From Squalus acanthias (Eukaryota), in contig CM059432.1 of the NCBI GenBank assembly GCA_030390025.1, forward strand, positions 8,184,001 to 8,248,000: a DNA stretch of 64,000 nucleotides. Direction: 5' to 3'. Made by a program: the position numbers and the translations under genes. Shown here one piece after another: positions 23,880 through 36,895 of the stretch (positions are counted from its first letter, which is position 1; every line of letters begins with the position of its first letter). A model generated the notes under the pieces. It did no database searches. It was not told the origin of the DNA and saw only the letters and a list, made by a program, of their open reading frames with translations.

Positions 23880-24275
23880 CAACAACAACAACAAGAACAA
23901 CAGCTTGTATTTAAATAGCACCTTTAATGTAGTAAAACGTCCCAAGGCGCTGCACAGGATATTTTAAGACAAAAAATTAGACACCGAGCCACATAAGGAG
24001 AAATTAGGGCAGGTGACCAAAAGCTTGGTCAAAGAGGTAGGTTTTAAGGAGCGTCTTAAAGGAGGAAAGAGAGGTAGAGAGGCGGAGAGGTTTAGGCAGG
24101 GAATTCCAGAGCTTAGGGCCCAGGCAACAGAAGACACGGCCACCAATGGTGGAGTGATTATAATCAGGGATGCTCAAGAGGGCAGAATTAGAGGAGCGCA
24201 GATATCTCGGGGGGTTGTGGGGCTGGAGGAGATTACAGAGATAGGAAGGGGCGAGGCCATGGAGGGATTTGAAAG
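23880..24275 (-). mobile_element. L2-type LINE 3' fragment
   Basis: FKSLHGLAPSYL...PKLWNSLP...DQAFGHLP. Confidence 0.75.
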
Positions 24276-24747
24276 GAGCAAGGGAGTGGCAGAGGAGCGG
24301 GGGCGGGGGTGGGGGGGGGGGGTTATCACAAATAATTGGGAGAGGGGTTGGAATGGGAGCCACCGAGGGCCAGTATCTCCGCCCACTACCTCTGACCTGA
24401 AAGCAAAGAGGAGGCGAAAAGGATAAAGACAAGTTAAGGGGAGAGAAGCAGCAGGGAAGAGAGACAGAGAGACTGAATCAGAAGAGGAAGGACAACAAGC
24501 AACAGCAACTGAAGACATCAGAAACTGATTAGAGACTGACCAGAATCTGTGACATGCTGTGTGCAATGCTGTGGGAGACCAACTAATTGTTAATATATGT
24601 TATAGCGGGTCATTGCTTATTATAATTTTCTTTGAGAAGGGGGACTCCTGGAGTAATATTTAATATCTTGTGGTTGATGCCCTGAGTGTAGAAACTGGTC
24701 TCATCTGCGTTGCATCCAGATGAAGTCGCAATGACAAAATATAGAGG

Positions 24748-25080
24748 CCATGATGCGGAGATGCCGGTGTTGGACTGGGGTGGACAAAAGTGAGAAGTCG
24801 CACAACACCAGGTTATAGTCCAACAGTTTTATTTGAAATCACGAGCTTTCGGAGCTGCTGCTCCTTCGTCAGGTGAAGTGAAGGAATACGAATCGGCACA
24901 GCATATATAGACAGAGAACAATGCCTGTGCAGCGTACAATGTCAGACGACTACAGTTAATCTTTCTGACTGCCTTTTATCACACCTCGGCAGAGAGACAA
25001 TCAGGTCAGTCAGGAAGGCACCACATCAAAGACACGGCAAGATACAACAAAGACAATGACAATAGAGGATCATAGCTGTC
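24748..25080 (-). mobile_element. Penelope-like pseudo-LTR fragment
   Basis: CATGATGCGGAGATGCCGGTGTTGGACTGGGGTGGACAAAA...CACAACACCAGGTTATAGTCC, homologous to 57747-58050. Contains a hammerhead-like core. Confidence 0.75.
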
Positions 25081-26402
25081 TACGGATCAAATTGTACTGA
25101 CTTATTTCACTACTGCTTGGCAAAGCACCTCCGATGAGGAACAGCGCGAGATTCCAAGTAATCTGCTGCAAGTTCACAGACACTCTACTGCCACTTTTGT
25201 GTTCTGCTTAACCAATACCTGCATCGCATCGCCAAAGGAAAATAAACTGGGTTACCTGCCCCTTTAAGTTGCAGGGTTGGTCGAAGTAATTTTCCAGTCG
25301 TGGAGTTCTGGAATAGAAAGATGTTAATCTGTATGGCTTGCTTCCCGGGGATCAGTTCACTGGCACTACCGTAGCTCGCAGTGACTGAGCAGCTCCCCGC
25401 TGTTTGAGGAGATCCAAATGGCAGGTTTACATGAAGCTGGAAGAGATGGATTCAATTTGAAATAGGAGCCGTGTGGCATTTTTTTAAAACCTTAATTAGA
25501 TGACGAGTGGTTCATGTTGAGAGCAGAATCCACTCCCAGTAATTCATGGAATCATAAAATAGTATCACACAGAAGGAGGCCATTTGGCCTGTCGAGTCTG
25601 CGCCGGCTCTTTCGCAGAGCGATCCAGTAAGTCCCACTCCCCCACTCTTTACCCACATCCCTGCAACTTTTCTCCTTCAATTATTTATTCAGTTTTTTTT
25701 TGCACTAAAAAGGAATTATCCAACGTTTTGAATGTAAATAACACAGCAAAGTGGAAAATTGCTGCATTAAAAAACTCAATTATCAACTAGCTTGACTCAT
25801 GTGTCAGCCATGGCTCAGTGGGTAGCACGCCTGCCTCTGAGTCTAGAAGGTTGTGGGTTCAAGTCCCACTCCTAGAGACTTGAGCTCATAATCCAACCTC
25901 ATTCTCCTCCTTTAAAACCTAACTCTTTGATCATCTGTCCAAATATCTCCTTATGTGGCTCGCTGTCAAATTTTGTTTGATAATCGCTCCTGTGAAGCAC
26001 CTTGGGACGTTTTATTATGTTAAAGGCGCTGTATAAATACATGCTGTTGTTATTGTTATTTGTTCAATAATACGTGTAGCACACAAGGCTTCATTGAACC
26101 ACTTGTTGTTCTCGGTCCTTGGATGACAGAGTGGTGACACAAGCCAATATTGAAGTAGGAAACCCTGGTCTCTAAGCCACCAATCTGACACATTACTCGA
26201 GCTGAAGAATATGCCTTTGAATGTTGAAGAAGAAAAGAATCATCGCAGCTTCCAGGGCCGCAAGCTAAAAGATTAACAGGCAGTTAAGTGGCTGTAATCC
26301 CCTTCCCGCCTCCAGGAGACGGGACCCGCCCCCAGACTCTGAAACTTTCCCGGCAGTCCCGCCTCCAAACCCGCCTCCCCAGGACTGGAAAAATCACCCC
26401 CT

Positions 26403-26815
26403 TTGTGTGTAGAAGTGTTTCCTAATTTCACTCCTGAAAGGTCTGGCTCTAATTTTTAGACTATGCCCCCTAGTCCTAGACTCCCCAACCAGCAGAAATA
26501 GTTTCTCTCTATCTACCCTATCTGTTCCCCTTAATATCTTGAAAAGTTCAATCAAATCACCCCTTAACCTCCGAATTCCAGGGAATACAACCCTAGTTTG
26601 TGTAACCTCTCCTCGTAATTTAACCCTTGAAGTCCAGGTATCATTCTGGTAAACCTACGCCTGCACTCCCTCCAAGGCCAATATATCCTTCCTAAGGTGC
26701 GGTGCCCAGAACTGCTCGCAGTGCTCCAGGTGTGGTCTAACCAGGGTTTTGTACAGCTGCAACATAACTTCTACCCCCTTGTATTCTAGTCCTCTAGATA
26801 TAAAGGCCAGCACTC
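26403..26815 (-). mobile_element. CR1 3' fragment (degenerate)
   Basis: Reverse complement encodes LEHCEQFWAPHLRKDILAL-like sequence. Confidence 0.7.
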
Positions 26816-27284
26816 CACAGAGGGGGGATCAGTGACACCACTTGGGGAATCCTGCCCCTCAATCAAATTGGAGTGCTCATTGTCTTTACTCTGGTGGGTC
26901 TGTGGGAAAGAATGAGATCCGAGGATGACCCAAACAGGACATCTATCATGTGGTTAATTCATTGATGCACTGCCGATTGACTTATGCCAATTATCTCTCC
27001 CGAGACTGCCCAAGGAAACATCCGGTGGCGTAAAAATTTAGAGTTGTTGTTACCTTTACAGCCAGAGCCAAGGCAGTATCCCTGATAGAAGGAGGCTTTA
27101 GGTCTGGTGCCAACTGGTGGCATAACGCAATGCTTTGGAAGGAAAGTGCTGCCTTCATATATAACCCCCCTGGTCTGTCGGTCCTCCGGGGTGCGTGCCT
27201 ACATGTCCGCTGCTGGCTGTATACATGATGCCAGATTGTCCAGGCTTTCCTTCTCTTCTCCTCCGTGTCCTCATCATTCCTCAG

Positions 27285-27386
27285 AACACGGCAACAAAGG
27301 AATTCCGTACTATTTCCACTTTAAGTTCATTGGAAATAGCAGCAAGTCCCCCAACCGTGGGGGAGACGTCCCTGAAAACCCCCGTG
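27285..27386 (+). other. Candidate host-gene exon (102 nt)
   Basis: Long polypyrimidine tract and CAG acceptor, GTTAGT donor, length divisible by 3, open in two frames, in apparently non-repeat sequence. Confidence 0.35.
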
Positions 27387-28189
27387 GTTAGTAAAACCGC
27401 GGTTGGCAAATACAGTATAAATGTTCAAATAACACAATAAAAAAGAATATAAAAGCAATAAAATCATGTTATTTACCTTAATCCTAAATTAAAAACCGCG
27501 TGTACGCAAAATTCACTGCCGCAGATGGCAAAAATTGTCGCAGAGAGGAAACCGTGTATACTTGAAATCCGCGCATGGCAAACCCACAGTTGGGGGCGGG
27601 ATTCCTGTATCTGCAAATCCTGCAATAACTCAGTTATTGTGCTTTCATGGAAATCACTTCCAGTCTTCACGGTCCTAAAGGAAAGTTGAATTTAATGATT
27701 CTTTATTGCCTCTGGAACACCACGCTAGTCCCGACAGCACCACTCTTACAGTGGCAGTGTCTCCTCGGGGGAGGGTACTGGGCAGAAACAGAGGGAGCTG
27801 CCAGGGACTACAAAAACCATTTTCTTCTCCACATCATTTACACCCTTGTTAGGCAAGGGTATTAAGCGTCACGAGACCGAGGCGGGTAAATGGAGTTAAG
27901 ATGCAGATCAGCCACGATCTAATTGAATGGCGGAACAGACCCGAGGGGCTGAAAGACCTACTGCTGTTCCTGTGTCTCATCGCGAGGCAAGGGCGGGCTC
28001 CGGGCAGGCTTCCAGCAGGGTTCGTTACATGAAAATATAATGACAGCCATTTGCTCGGGGCAAGGTATCGGAGGGTGGCCTCACCATCCAACTTCGCCTG
28101 CCGAACTGCCTCTGACCTGCCTGAACTCACCCAGGTTTGGCCAGGGAAGCCAGGCTCAGATGCCGAGACTGCTCAAGGTATATTACGCT

Positions 28190-28260
28190 GCAGGCTCTCG
28201 AGAATAATTGTTCTCTGCTGTATCCTGCACAACTTCACTCTGCAAAGAAGCATCCCCGTG
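28190..28260 (+). pseudogene. Harbinger transposase C-terminal remnant
   Basis: SRIIVLCCILHNF, compared with SKFVVVCCMLHNM in the intact transposase. Confidence 0.55.
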
Positions 28261-28589
28261 GAGCGAGTGGAAAACACATGCCAAACCAGGAGCCTTTCAA
28301 GCTGGCGGTCAGCTATTCAAATCCATGTGTCAGCATTTCGCAAGAAAAAATCGGATTTCTTTGAGTTGGAAAAGCACAAATGGAAGTTGTCAGAGCAAAT
28401 CGTGTCAATTGAAGTTAAAGCTGAAGGCTGTTATAACCATTTCCCCCCACGGGTTATTACAACCTGGTCTCTCCCCAAAGCTGAGGAACCTTTCCAAGTA
28501 GCAGTCAATTTACACACAAATATCGTCAGCAACAGCAATTGGCCTCTAATTCACCGTGGGATGTGCCTTATTTATAGCAATTAGACTAT

Positions 28590-30336
28590 GGCCGCGATTC
28601 TCCCTACCTCGGCGGGTCCGTGGCGAGCGAGGTCGGTGGCGGGTCGCGGCCTCGCTGCTGGCTCCATCCCGGCCTCCGACATGATTTTCCCCCTGATTGG
28701 GCTTGTTAAGCCCCGCCCAGCAGCTGTCCCGGTCTAATTGAAGGAAGCGGGTCTGATGACGTCATTTGATGACCTGTCATCAGCCGGTTTCCTTAAAGGG
28801 ACCATGCGCTGTCAGTGTTCTACAGCATTGAGGTGCTGCAAACATTGACAAGCACTGCACAGAGGTGCACGGCTGCACCCAGGCTCTCCCATGACTCCCT
28901 CCATATACTTATGGAGGGAGTCACAGCACGCAGGGAGGTTCTCTTCCCTTCCAATGGGCGGAAGAGACCACCCCAGGAGACCAACACAGCCTGGTTGCAC
29001 ATTGCACAGGAGGACACAAGCAGGGATGTTGTCAGGAGGACCAGGCTGCAGTGGCGCAAACCTTTCAATTATCTCAATAGATCACGAAATGTTACTGCAA
29101 AGCTACACTCAACCTCATCCTGCTGTGCCACTCATCACATCCCCATCACTCTGCCTTCCCTACCCTACTCCTGCACATCCTTACTCGCACCAACTTACCT
29201 TGCACCTCCACCCATCCCTCTCTATCTACATTATCACTTCCCCATCTCACTAGCCACCCCTCACACTCCCCCTCACCCTAGTCCAATCATACCAACTAAC
29301 AACACACAAGGGTAGGCATTTGTGTGTTTTAGCCAATGTTCATGTGAAACTTTTGTTAATGTGGTGTCAAATATTGAAATCTTTATTTTCAACATTTTGC
29401 GTTCTTGGACAGATTTGCGTGCACCTTTTGAAGTGGCTAAGTGAGTTGCAGTGAATGGATGAGACATAACAGTACCCCCCGCAATGGTCATGAGTGTGAA
29501 AGGAATGGCTTGGGCATTGTAGGGATGCTTTATGGTGTTGGTGTGGGGTGGTGCCAACCCGGCACATCATGTGGCAGCCAGGGTGTACAGCATCAAGTAA
29601 AATAAATCTGGCCATGGTGAGGCCACCCCTGGCCTCCCGGGCAGCAATGTGGTTGGGTGCTGATGCCCTGTGTCCTGTGCAGCATCAATTGATTGCGGAG
29701 AAGGTTGGTGTTATTGTCGGTGCTGCTGGTGCGCCCGGTGCTGCTGCTGTTGGGGATGATCATGGTCAGATTCTGAGGACCAAGGTGAGAGAGTATAACA
29801 GTGCTGATGGAATAGATGGCAGGTGAAGTAGAGATGACAGAAGCGATCTGTCAATGGTGGGAGAGGTAATGAGGTCAGACTGGATGGAGACTTGTGTAAA
29901 GACTTGCAGCATTCTGAATCAGTCGTGGAAATGCAGTTTAGAGAAGCTAGTGGCTAAGGGAAGATATTTGAATCAGCTGGGAGCTTTGACTTGACATTTG
30001 AAGCTGTCAACTCATCAGCTGATTCAATGGCCACTGACCTCCCGCCTCAGCTTCACTGACAAGGTCTGGGCACAGCGGGAAACCAGTGGGCGATGTGTCA
30101 AATCCAAAAAGCTGGGGAAAAAAACATTGATAAGTGTCTGTAAACAAGCCACTAATGATTTTAATTGCCTCCCCCGCCACTGCCTGTCGGGTCTGCTCAG
30201 CGCTGGCAGACCCGACATCAGGAAATGCAGGTGTACGCGTTTTGACAGCTGGTTCCCGACCCGCTGTCAATCATTTTCAATCTAACAGCTGACCCGCCAC
30301 CCATCCCGTCCGCTGAGCGCTGGGAAAATTCCGGCC
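28590..30336 (+). mobile_element. Second-family Harbinger derivative with degenerate Myb/SANT region, no transposase seen
   Basis: TAT TSD on both sides and imperfect TIR GGCCGCGATTCTCCC / GGGAAAATTCCGGCC. Translation AAPRLS...ARREVLFPSNGRK...AWLHIAQE...RRTRLQWRKPFNYL. Confidence 0.75.
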
Positions 30337-31179
30337 TATGCGTCCATAAAGGGACAGGCCTGCTCCTCCTCAGCAGAAGACAGACTTCCTCAAGGCAGTC
30401 TCTGCCTATTAGGAACATGCCATCATGACATAAATATTATAAAATAATACATTGTTTGATGCACCTCGCAATACTCTTGTTTTAATAAATCAACGTATTT
30501 TCTGACTTACCATGGGTAATTCACCACAGGTCCATTATTAACATAAATTAACTGGATAGAACACAATATTAAAAGTCATACATGGCTAAATATACATAAT
30601 TTAAAGCTCTTGGTTTGAACTAAAGCACACAACGGAGCTTGGTCCCCTTTTGCTTAGCATTTCCGCAATTCTTTAATTCATTGCGAGGATGTGGGCATCG
30701 CTGGCAAGGCCGGCCTTTATTGCCCACCCCCAGTTACCCTTGAGGAGGTGGTGAGCCGCCGCCTTGTCGAGCCGCTGCAGTCCGTGTGGTGAAGGTGCTC
30801 CCACAGTGCTGTTGGGTAGGGAGTTACAAGATTTTTTCCGAGCGACGATGAACGAACGGCCGATATATGTCCAAGTCGAGATGGGGTGGGACTCGGAGGG
30901 GGTCTAGCAGGTGATGGTGTTCCCATCTGCCTGCTGCCCTTGTCCTTCTAGGCGGATTATTGAAAGAAAGATTATACAGAAGAATGTCAAGGTCCTCACT
31001 CTGTTTTAATAAGGCTGACTGTTGTAGTTCCACCAACAAGCACCTGCTATGACTTTATACCAACATCTCCATTAGTGGTATTCACATGCCTACGTAACTC
31101 AAAATAATTCACCAACATTAATCTTGTATTGCACCCAAGCAAGCAATGGTGCTGGGGAGGGTAATGCTCGGTGGCCTAC

Positions 31180-31570
31180 ATTTGCTCCCAGTCTGGCAAC
31201 GCCTCGATTTTAAAATTCTCATTCTTGTGTTCAAGTCCATCCATGGCCTCGCCCCCTCCCTATCTCTGTAACCTCCTCCAGCCTTACAACCCTCCGAGAT
31301 CTCCGCGCTCCTCCAATTCTGGCCTTTTGCGCGTCCCAGATGTTCTTCACCCCACCATTGGCGGCTGTGCCCTCAGCTGCCAAGGCCCTGAGCTACAGAA
31401 TTCTCTTCCTAAACCTCTCCGCCTCTCTACCTCTCTCTCTCCTCCTTTAAGACTCTCCTTAAAACTTCCCTCACCTGTCCTAATATTTCCTTACGTGGCT
31501 CGGTGTCAAATTATGTCCGCTAGCGCTCCTGTGGGACGTTTTACTACGTTAAAGGTGCTGTATAAATATA
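31180..31570 (+). mobile_element. L2-type LINE 3' fragment
   Basis: PYLCNLLQPYNPPRSPRSSNSGLL...NSLPKPLR. Confidence 0.7.
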
Positions 31571-31574
31571 AATA

Positions 31575-32534
31575 CAGGTTGAGCGTCCAGAAGCCGGCAA
31601 CCTCGGGACCGAGGCCGAGCCGGTTTTCGTGTTTTTCCGGACTTCGGAACGTGTTTCTGATGTCCGAAGTCCGGAAACGGCCGAGCCCAGGTTGCGATAT
31701 TTCCAGACTTCGGACATCAGAAACACGTGCCAAGTCCGGAAATGCCTGGGCCCAGGTTGCGATATGGTATGTTGGCCTTCATAGCGAAAGGGTTTGAGTA
31801 TAGGAACAGGGATGTCCTGCTGCAGTTGTACAGGGCCTTGGTGAAACCACACCTTGAGTACTGTGTGCAGTTTTGGTCGCCTTATCTGAGGAAGGATGTT
31901 CTTGCCATGGAAGGAGTTCAGCGAAGATTCACAAGGCTGATACCTGGGATGGCAGGAATGACATATGAAGAGAGATTGGGTCGATTGGGCTTATATTCGC
32001 TGGAGTATAGAAGAATGAGAGGGGATCTCATCGAAACATATAAAATTCTGACAGGTCTGGACAAACTAGATGCAGGAAGAATGTTCCCGATGGTCGGAGA
32101 GTCCAGAACCAGGGGTCATAATCTAAGGATAAGGGGTAAGCCATTTAGGACAGAAATGAGGAAGAATTTCTTCACCCAGAGAGTGGTGAACCTGTGGAAT
32201 TCTCTACCACAGAAGGTAGTTGAGGCCAAGTCATTAAATATATTCAAGAAGGAGTTGGATATATTTCTTAAAGCTAAAGGTATCAAGGGATATGGGGAGA
32301 AGGCAGGTACAGGGTACTGAGTTTGGATGATCAGCCATGATCTCATCGAATGGCGGAGCAGGCTCGAGGGGCCGAATGGCCTACTCCTGCTCCTATCTTC
32401 TATGTTTCTATGTTTCCGGTTTTTGGTAAGCCTCCCTCAGGGTGTCCGGATTCCGGAACATTTTATGGATTCCGGACGACCCTGCCACCAATTGTCCCGG
32501 ATTCCGGAACTCCGGATTTTGGACGCTCAACCTG
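31575..32534. mobile_element. Tc1/mariner-pogo-type MITE (TA TSD) carrying a CR1 3' insertion (~31765-32415)
   Basis: TA|CAGGTTGAGCGTCCAGAAGCCGG ... CCGGATTTTGGACGCTCAACCTG|TA. Confidence 0.85.
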
Positions 32535-33019
32535 TACAAGTGGTTGTTGTTGAGGAAAACTCTGTAAGTTCAAGAAAATTCCAAAATATGTTTCGGCATT
32601 GTGGGGGGTGGGGGGGGGGGGGTGAAAAATAAACTATGAGAGAGGAGTAATTTCGAATGCATCCCTCACTCCAGTCAGCCTACAATTTGAATTCACTTGT
32701 GCGCTTTTATAGCAGTATTTTCTTTTTATTCCAATGCTCCGGAGCAATCCGCTGACATGTGGAATATATCTTATTATTCTTTAGGGAAATAATTCCCGAG
32801 GTTCATTGCTCTCGTGACACATTGAGTTCATTGACTGCACTGAGACATTTTACTGCCGAGTTTCAGCTTCGACTGCAGATAGAGTTTCACTGCATCACCG
32901 ATGTTATAAAGCTTCAGCTCGTCCACTCCTTTATCTGCTCTCTTATGCATCACCCATAAATTTGGCCCAACGGCATTTTACAAATCAGAATAACATTCAT
33001 CTTCACAGAAGTGTGAAGG

Positions 33020-34460
33020 GATTGCGTTTTGGTAGGAAGAACGAAGAGAGGCATTGTAAACGAAAGGGTACAATTTTAAAGGGGGTGCAGGAACAGAGAG
33101 ACCTGGGGGTGTATGTACACCAATCTTTGAAGGTGGCAGGACAAGTTGAGAAGGCTGTTTAAAAAAAAAGGCATAGGGGATCCTGGGCTTTATAAATAGA
33201 GGCTTAGAGTATAAAAGCAAGCGAGTTATTGCAAGGGTTGGTGTATAAAAGCAGGGAAGTCCTGCTACAACTGTACAGGGTGTTGGTGAGGCCACACCTG
33301 GAGTACTGCGTACAGTTTTGGTCTCCTTATTTAAGGAAGGATATACTTGCATTGGAGGCAGTTCAGAGACGATTCACACGGTTGATTCCTGAGATGATGG
33401 GGTTAACTTATGAAGAAAGGTTGAGTAGGTTGGGCCTATACTCATTGGAGTTTAGAAGAATGAGAGGTGATCTTATTGAAACATATAAGATACTGAGGGG
33501 GCTCAACAAGGTAGATCCAGAGAGGATGTTTCCCCTCGTGGGGAAAACTAGAACTCGGGGGCATAGTTTCAGAATAAAGGGTCGCCCTTTTAGAACTGAG
33601 ATGAGGAGGAATTTCTTCTCTCAGAGGGTCGTAAATCTGTGGAATTCTCTGCCCCAGAGAGCTGTGGAGGCTGGGTCATTGACTACATTTAAGGTGGAGA
33701 TAGACAGATTTTTGCAAGATAAGGGATTGAAGGGTTATGGGGAGCGGGCAGGGAAGTGGCTTTGAGCCCAAGATCAGCCATGATCTTATTGAATGGCGGA
33801 GCAGGCTCGAGGGGCCAAATGGCCTATTCCTGCTCCTATTTCTTATGTTCTTATGCTAAACCTTTATAAATCACTGGTTTGGCCTCAGCGAGTGGTGAGG
33901 ACCTGGAACTCGCTGCCGACGGAAGTGGTGGAAGCGGAGACACTCATTGTTTTCAAGGGGAGACTGGATAGGCACTTGAGGGAAATAAACTTGCAGGGCT
34001 ACGGGGATAGAGCGGGGGAATGGGACTGATTGGATTGCTCTACAGAGAGCCGGCACGGACTCGATGGGCCGAATGGCCTCCTTCTGTGCCGTTATGACTC
34101 TATTGTGCCCAATTCTGGGAACCACACTCAAGACCTTGGAGAGGGTACACAGGAGATTTACTAGAATGGTACCAGGGTTGAGGGACTTCAGTTATGTGGA
34201 GAGACTGGAGACGCTGGGATTGTTCTTCTTAGAGCAGAGAAGGTTAAAGGGGGGGATTTAATAGAGGTGTTCAAAATTATGAAGGGTTTTGGTAGAGTAA
34301 ATAAGGAGGGTCCGTAACCAGAGGACACAGATTGAAGATAATTGGGAAAAGAACCAGAGGGGACATGAGGAGCAATTTTTCACGCAGCGAGTTGTTATGA
34401 TCTGGAATGCGCTGCCTGAAAGGGTGGTGGAATCAGATTCAGTAGTAACTTTCAAAAGGG
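33020..34460 (+). mobile_element. Cluster of nested CR1 3' fragments
   Basis: Repeated LEYCVQFWSP / RVVxxWNSLP segments and (TTCTTATG)n tails. Confidence 0.8.
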
Positions 34461-34619
34461 AATCGGGTATATGCTGATAGGGTGCAATGAAGAGGGGTGG
34501 GCGGAAGCTCGTGTGGAGCATAAACACCGGAATGGACCTGTTCGGCTGAAGGGTCTGTTTCTGTGCTGTAAATTCTATGGAACATACTTGAAAAGGATAT
34601 CCCGTCGTATTATCTGGTT

Positions 34620-35345
34620 CAGGGCGAGAGCAGGAAACGGCACCGATAGTCATCAATGTATCGGAAAAAGAGGTGAGGGAGGGGACCCGAGTAGGACTGG
34701 AACAAAGAGTGTTCCACATATCCCACGAAAAGGCAGGCATAGCTACGACCCATGCGGGTACCCATAGCAACACCTTTGATTTGGAGGAAATGAGTGGAGT
34801 CAAAGGAGAAGTTGTTCAATGTGAGAACAAGTTCAGCCAGGCGGAGGAAGGTGGTGGTGGATGGGGACTGGTTGGGCCTCTGTTCAAGGAAGAAGCGGAG
34901 TGCCCTCAGGCCATCCTGGTGGGGAATGGAGGTGTAGAGGGATTGTACGTCCATAGTGAAAAGGAGGCGGTTGGGGCCAGGAAACTGGAAACGGTTAAAG
35001 TGGCGGAGGGCGTCGGAAGAGTCGCAGATGTAGGTGGGAAGAGACTGGACAAGGGGAGAAAAAATAGAGTCGAGATAGGAAGAGATAAGTTCCGTGGGGC
35101 AAGAACAGGCTGAAACGATGGGTCTACCAGGGCAGTCCTATTTGTGGATCTTGGGAAGGAGGTAGAAGCGGGCTGTGCGGGGTTGGGGAACTATGAGGTT
35201 GGCGGCCATGGGGGGAAGATCTCCAGAGGAGATGAGATCAGTGACAGTCTTGGAAACGGTGGCTTGATGTTCGGTAGTGGGGTCATGGTCCAGGCGGAGG
35301 TAGGAGGAGGTGTCGGAGAGTTGGCGTTCAGCTTCCGCTAGGTAG
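34620..35345 (-). mobile_element. Penelope-like RT fragment
   Basis: MDVQSLYTSIPH, QIKGVAMGTRMG, FFRYIDD. Confidence 0.85.
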
Positions 35346-35749
35346 AGGAGATATTTGCTGGGCTCGGGGAACGAGCAGGGAGAGTGGGACTAATTGGGTA
35401 GCTCTTTCAAAGAGCCGGCACAGGCACGATGGCTGAATGGCCTCCTTCTGTGCTGTATCATTTGATGATTTTTTTTTACCAGTTTTGTCAGTTGTGCATT
35501 ATGGATCTTAATTTCAACTTTAAACATCTATATTAAAAATGAGATAGAGTTTATTTTCCCTGTATTTGATCCTAGGTATTTAGCATTCTGACCACGTTAA
35601 GCTATATTGTCAACTGTTCTGTACAGCGTTATTCTGTTCATTTAGCACTTGATCAATATCTAAATGTCATGTGATTGAGATGATAATTATGTGGAGCAGT
35701 GACTTTAAGAAAAATAACCTGAACAAGGGCATTTTACTTGAGGTATTTA

Positions 35750-36230
35750 GGGGTGCGGTAGCATAGTGGTTATGTTACTGGACTAGTAATCGCAGAACCT
35801 GGACAAACAATCTGGTATGGCAGACATGAGTTCAAATCCCACCACGGCAGCTGGGGAATTTAAATTCAGTTAATTAAATAAATCTGGAATAAAAAGCTAG
35901 TATCAGTAATGGTGACCATGAAACTACCGGATTGTCGTAAAAACCCATCTGGTTCACTAATGTCCTTTATGGAAGGAAATCTGCCGCCCTTACCCGGTCT
36001 GGCCTATATGTGACTCCAGACCCACAGCAATGTGGTTGGCTCTTAACTGCCCTCTGAAATGGCTCAGCAAGTCACTCAATTGTAACAAAACCGCTACGAA
36101 AAACAATACACAGCGGTTCGAGAAGGCAGCTCACCACCACCTTCTCAAGGGCAATTAGGGATGGGCAATAAATGCCGGCCTGGTTTGTGACGCCCACACC
36201 CCGAGAACGAATATATATATAAAAAAAATT
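35750..36230 (+). mobile_element. tRNA-derived SINE with CR1-group 3' tail
   Basis: Head TAGCATAGTGG / GAGTTCAAATCCC, tail shared with 18660-18770. A minus-strand copy is at ~63270-63485. Confidence 0.65.
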
Positions 36231-36609
36231 CATTTGTGAAAGTAATAGCGCAATTCTTTGTACTTGGAAGCAAAGGGTTTCAAAATAATTGGACAAGTTT
36301 TATGGTCAGTTTCGTTATTTTAGATGTAGCAGCAGTTTTACAGATCTATCTGCCATAATCGAAATGATAATGTGTTCGCAACAGTAATGGTAATAATTGC
36401 ACATGAACAATGCAGCATTTATCATTTTGTGTTCATGATAATTGTCATCAGGCCTAACTGCTATTTTTTTGTTGGTTTTTTTACCTTCTGTGCTGAAACT
36501 AAAACGATCTATCTATAATATCCTAAAAATCTCATGTCTGTGCAACTGTTGTCGCATTTTTCTACCACTTTTTGTGTCAGTTTTTCGCATTGAAAATTTT
36601 TTCATCCGC

Positions 36610-36895
36610 GTTTAGTCTCAGGATAAGGGGCGGCCATTTAAGACTGAGATGAGGAGAAATTCCTTCACTCAGAGGGTGGTGAATCTTTGGAATTCTCTGC
36701 CCCAGAGGGCTGTGGAGGCTCAGTCGTTGAGTATATTCAAGACAGAGATCGATAGATTTTTGGATGCCAATTGAATCGAGGGATTTGGGGGAGATGAGGT
36801 AGTAAATCAGCCATGATCTTATTGAATGTGCGGAGTAGGCTCGAAGGGCCGAATGGCCGACTCCTGCTCCTATTTATTATTTTCTTATGTTCAGT
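36610..36895 (+). mobile_element. CR1 3' end
   Basis: RVVNLWNSLPQRAVEA followed by the CR1 3' UTR. Confidence 0.75.

Noticed and set aside
25803..25880. tRNA gene
   Set aside because: It is the tRNA-derived head of the SINE family, also seen at ~19720 and ~38030, with no proper cloverleaf.
32800..32960. Short protein-like open frames in unique sequence
   Set aside because: No recognisable motif and no convincing pair of splice sites.
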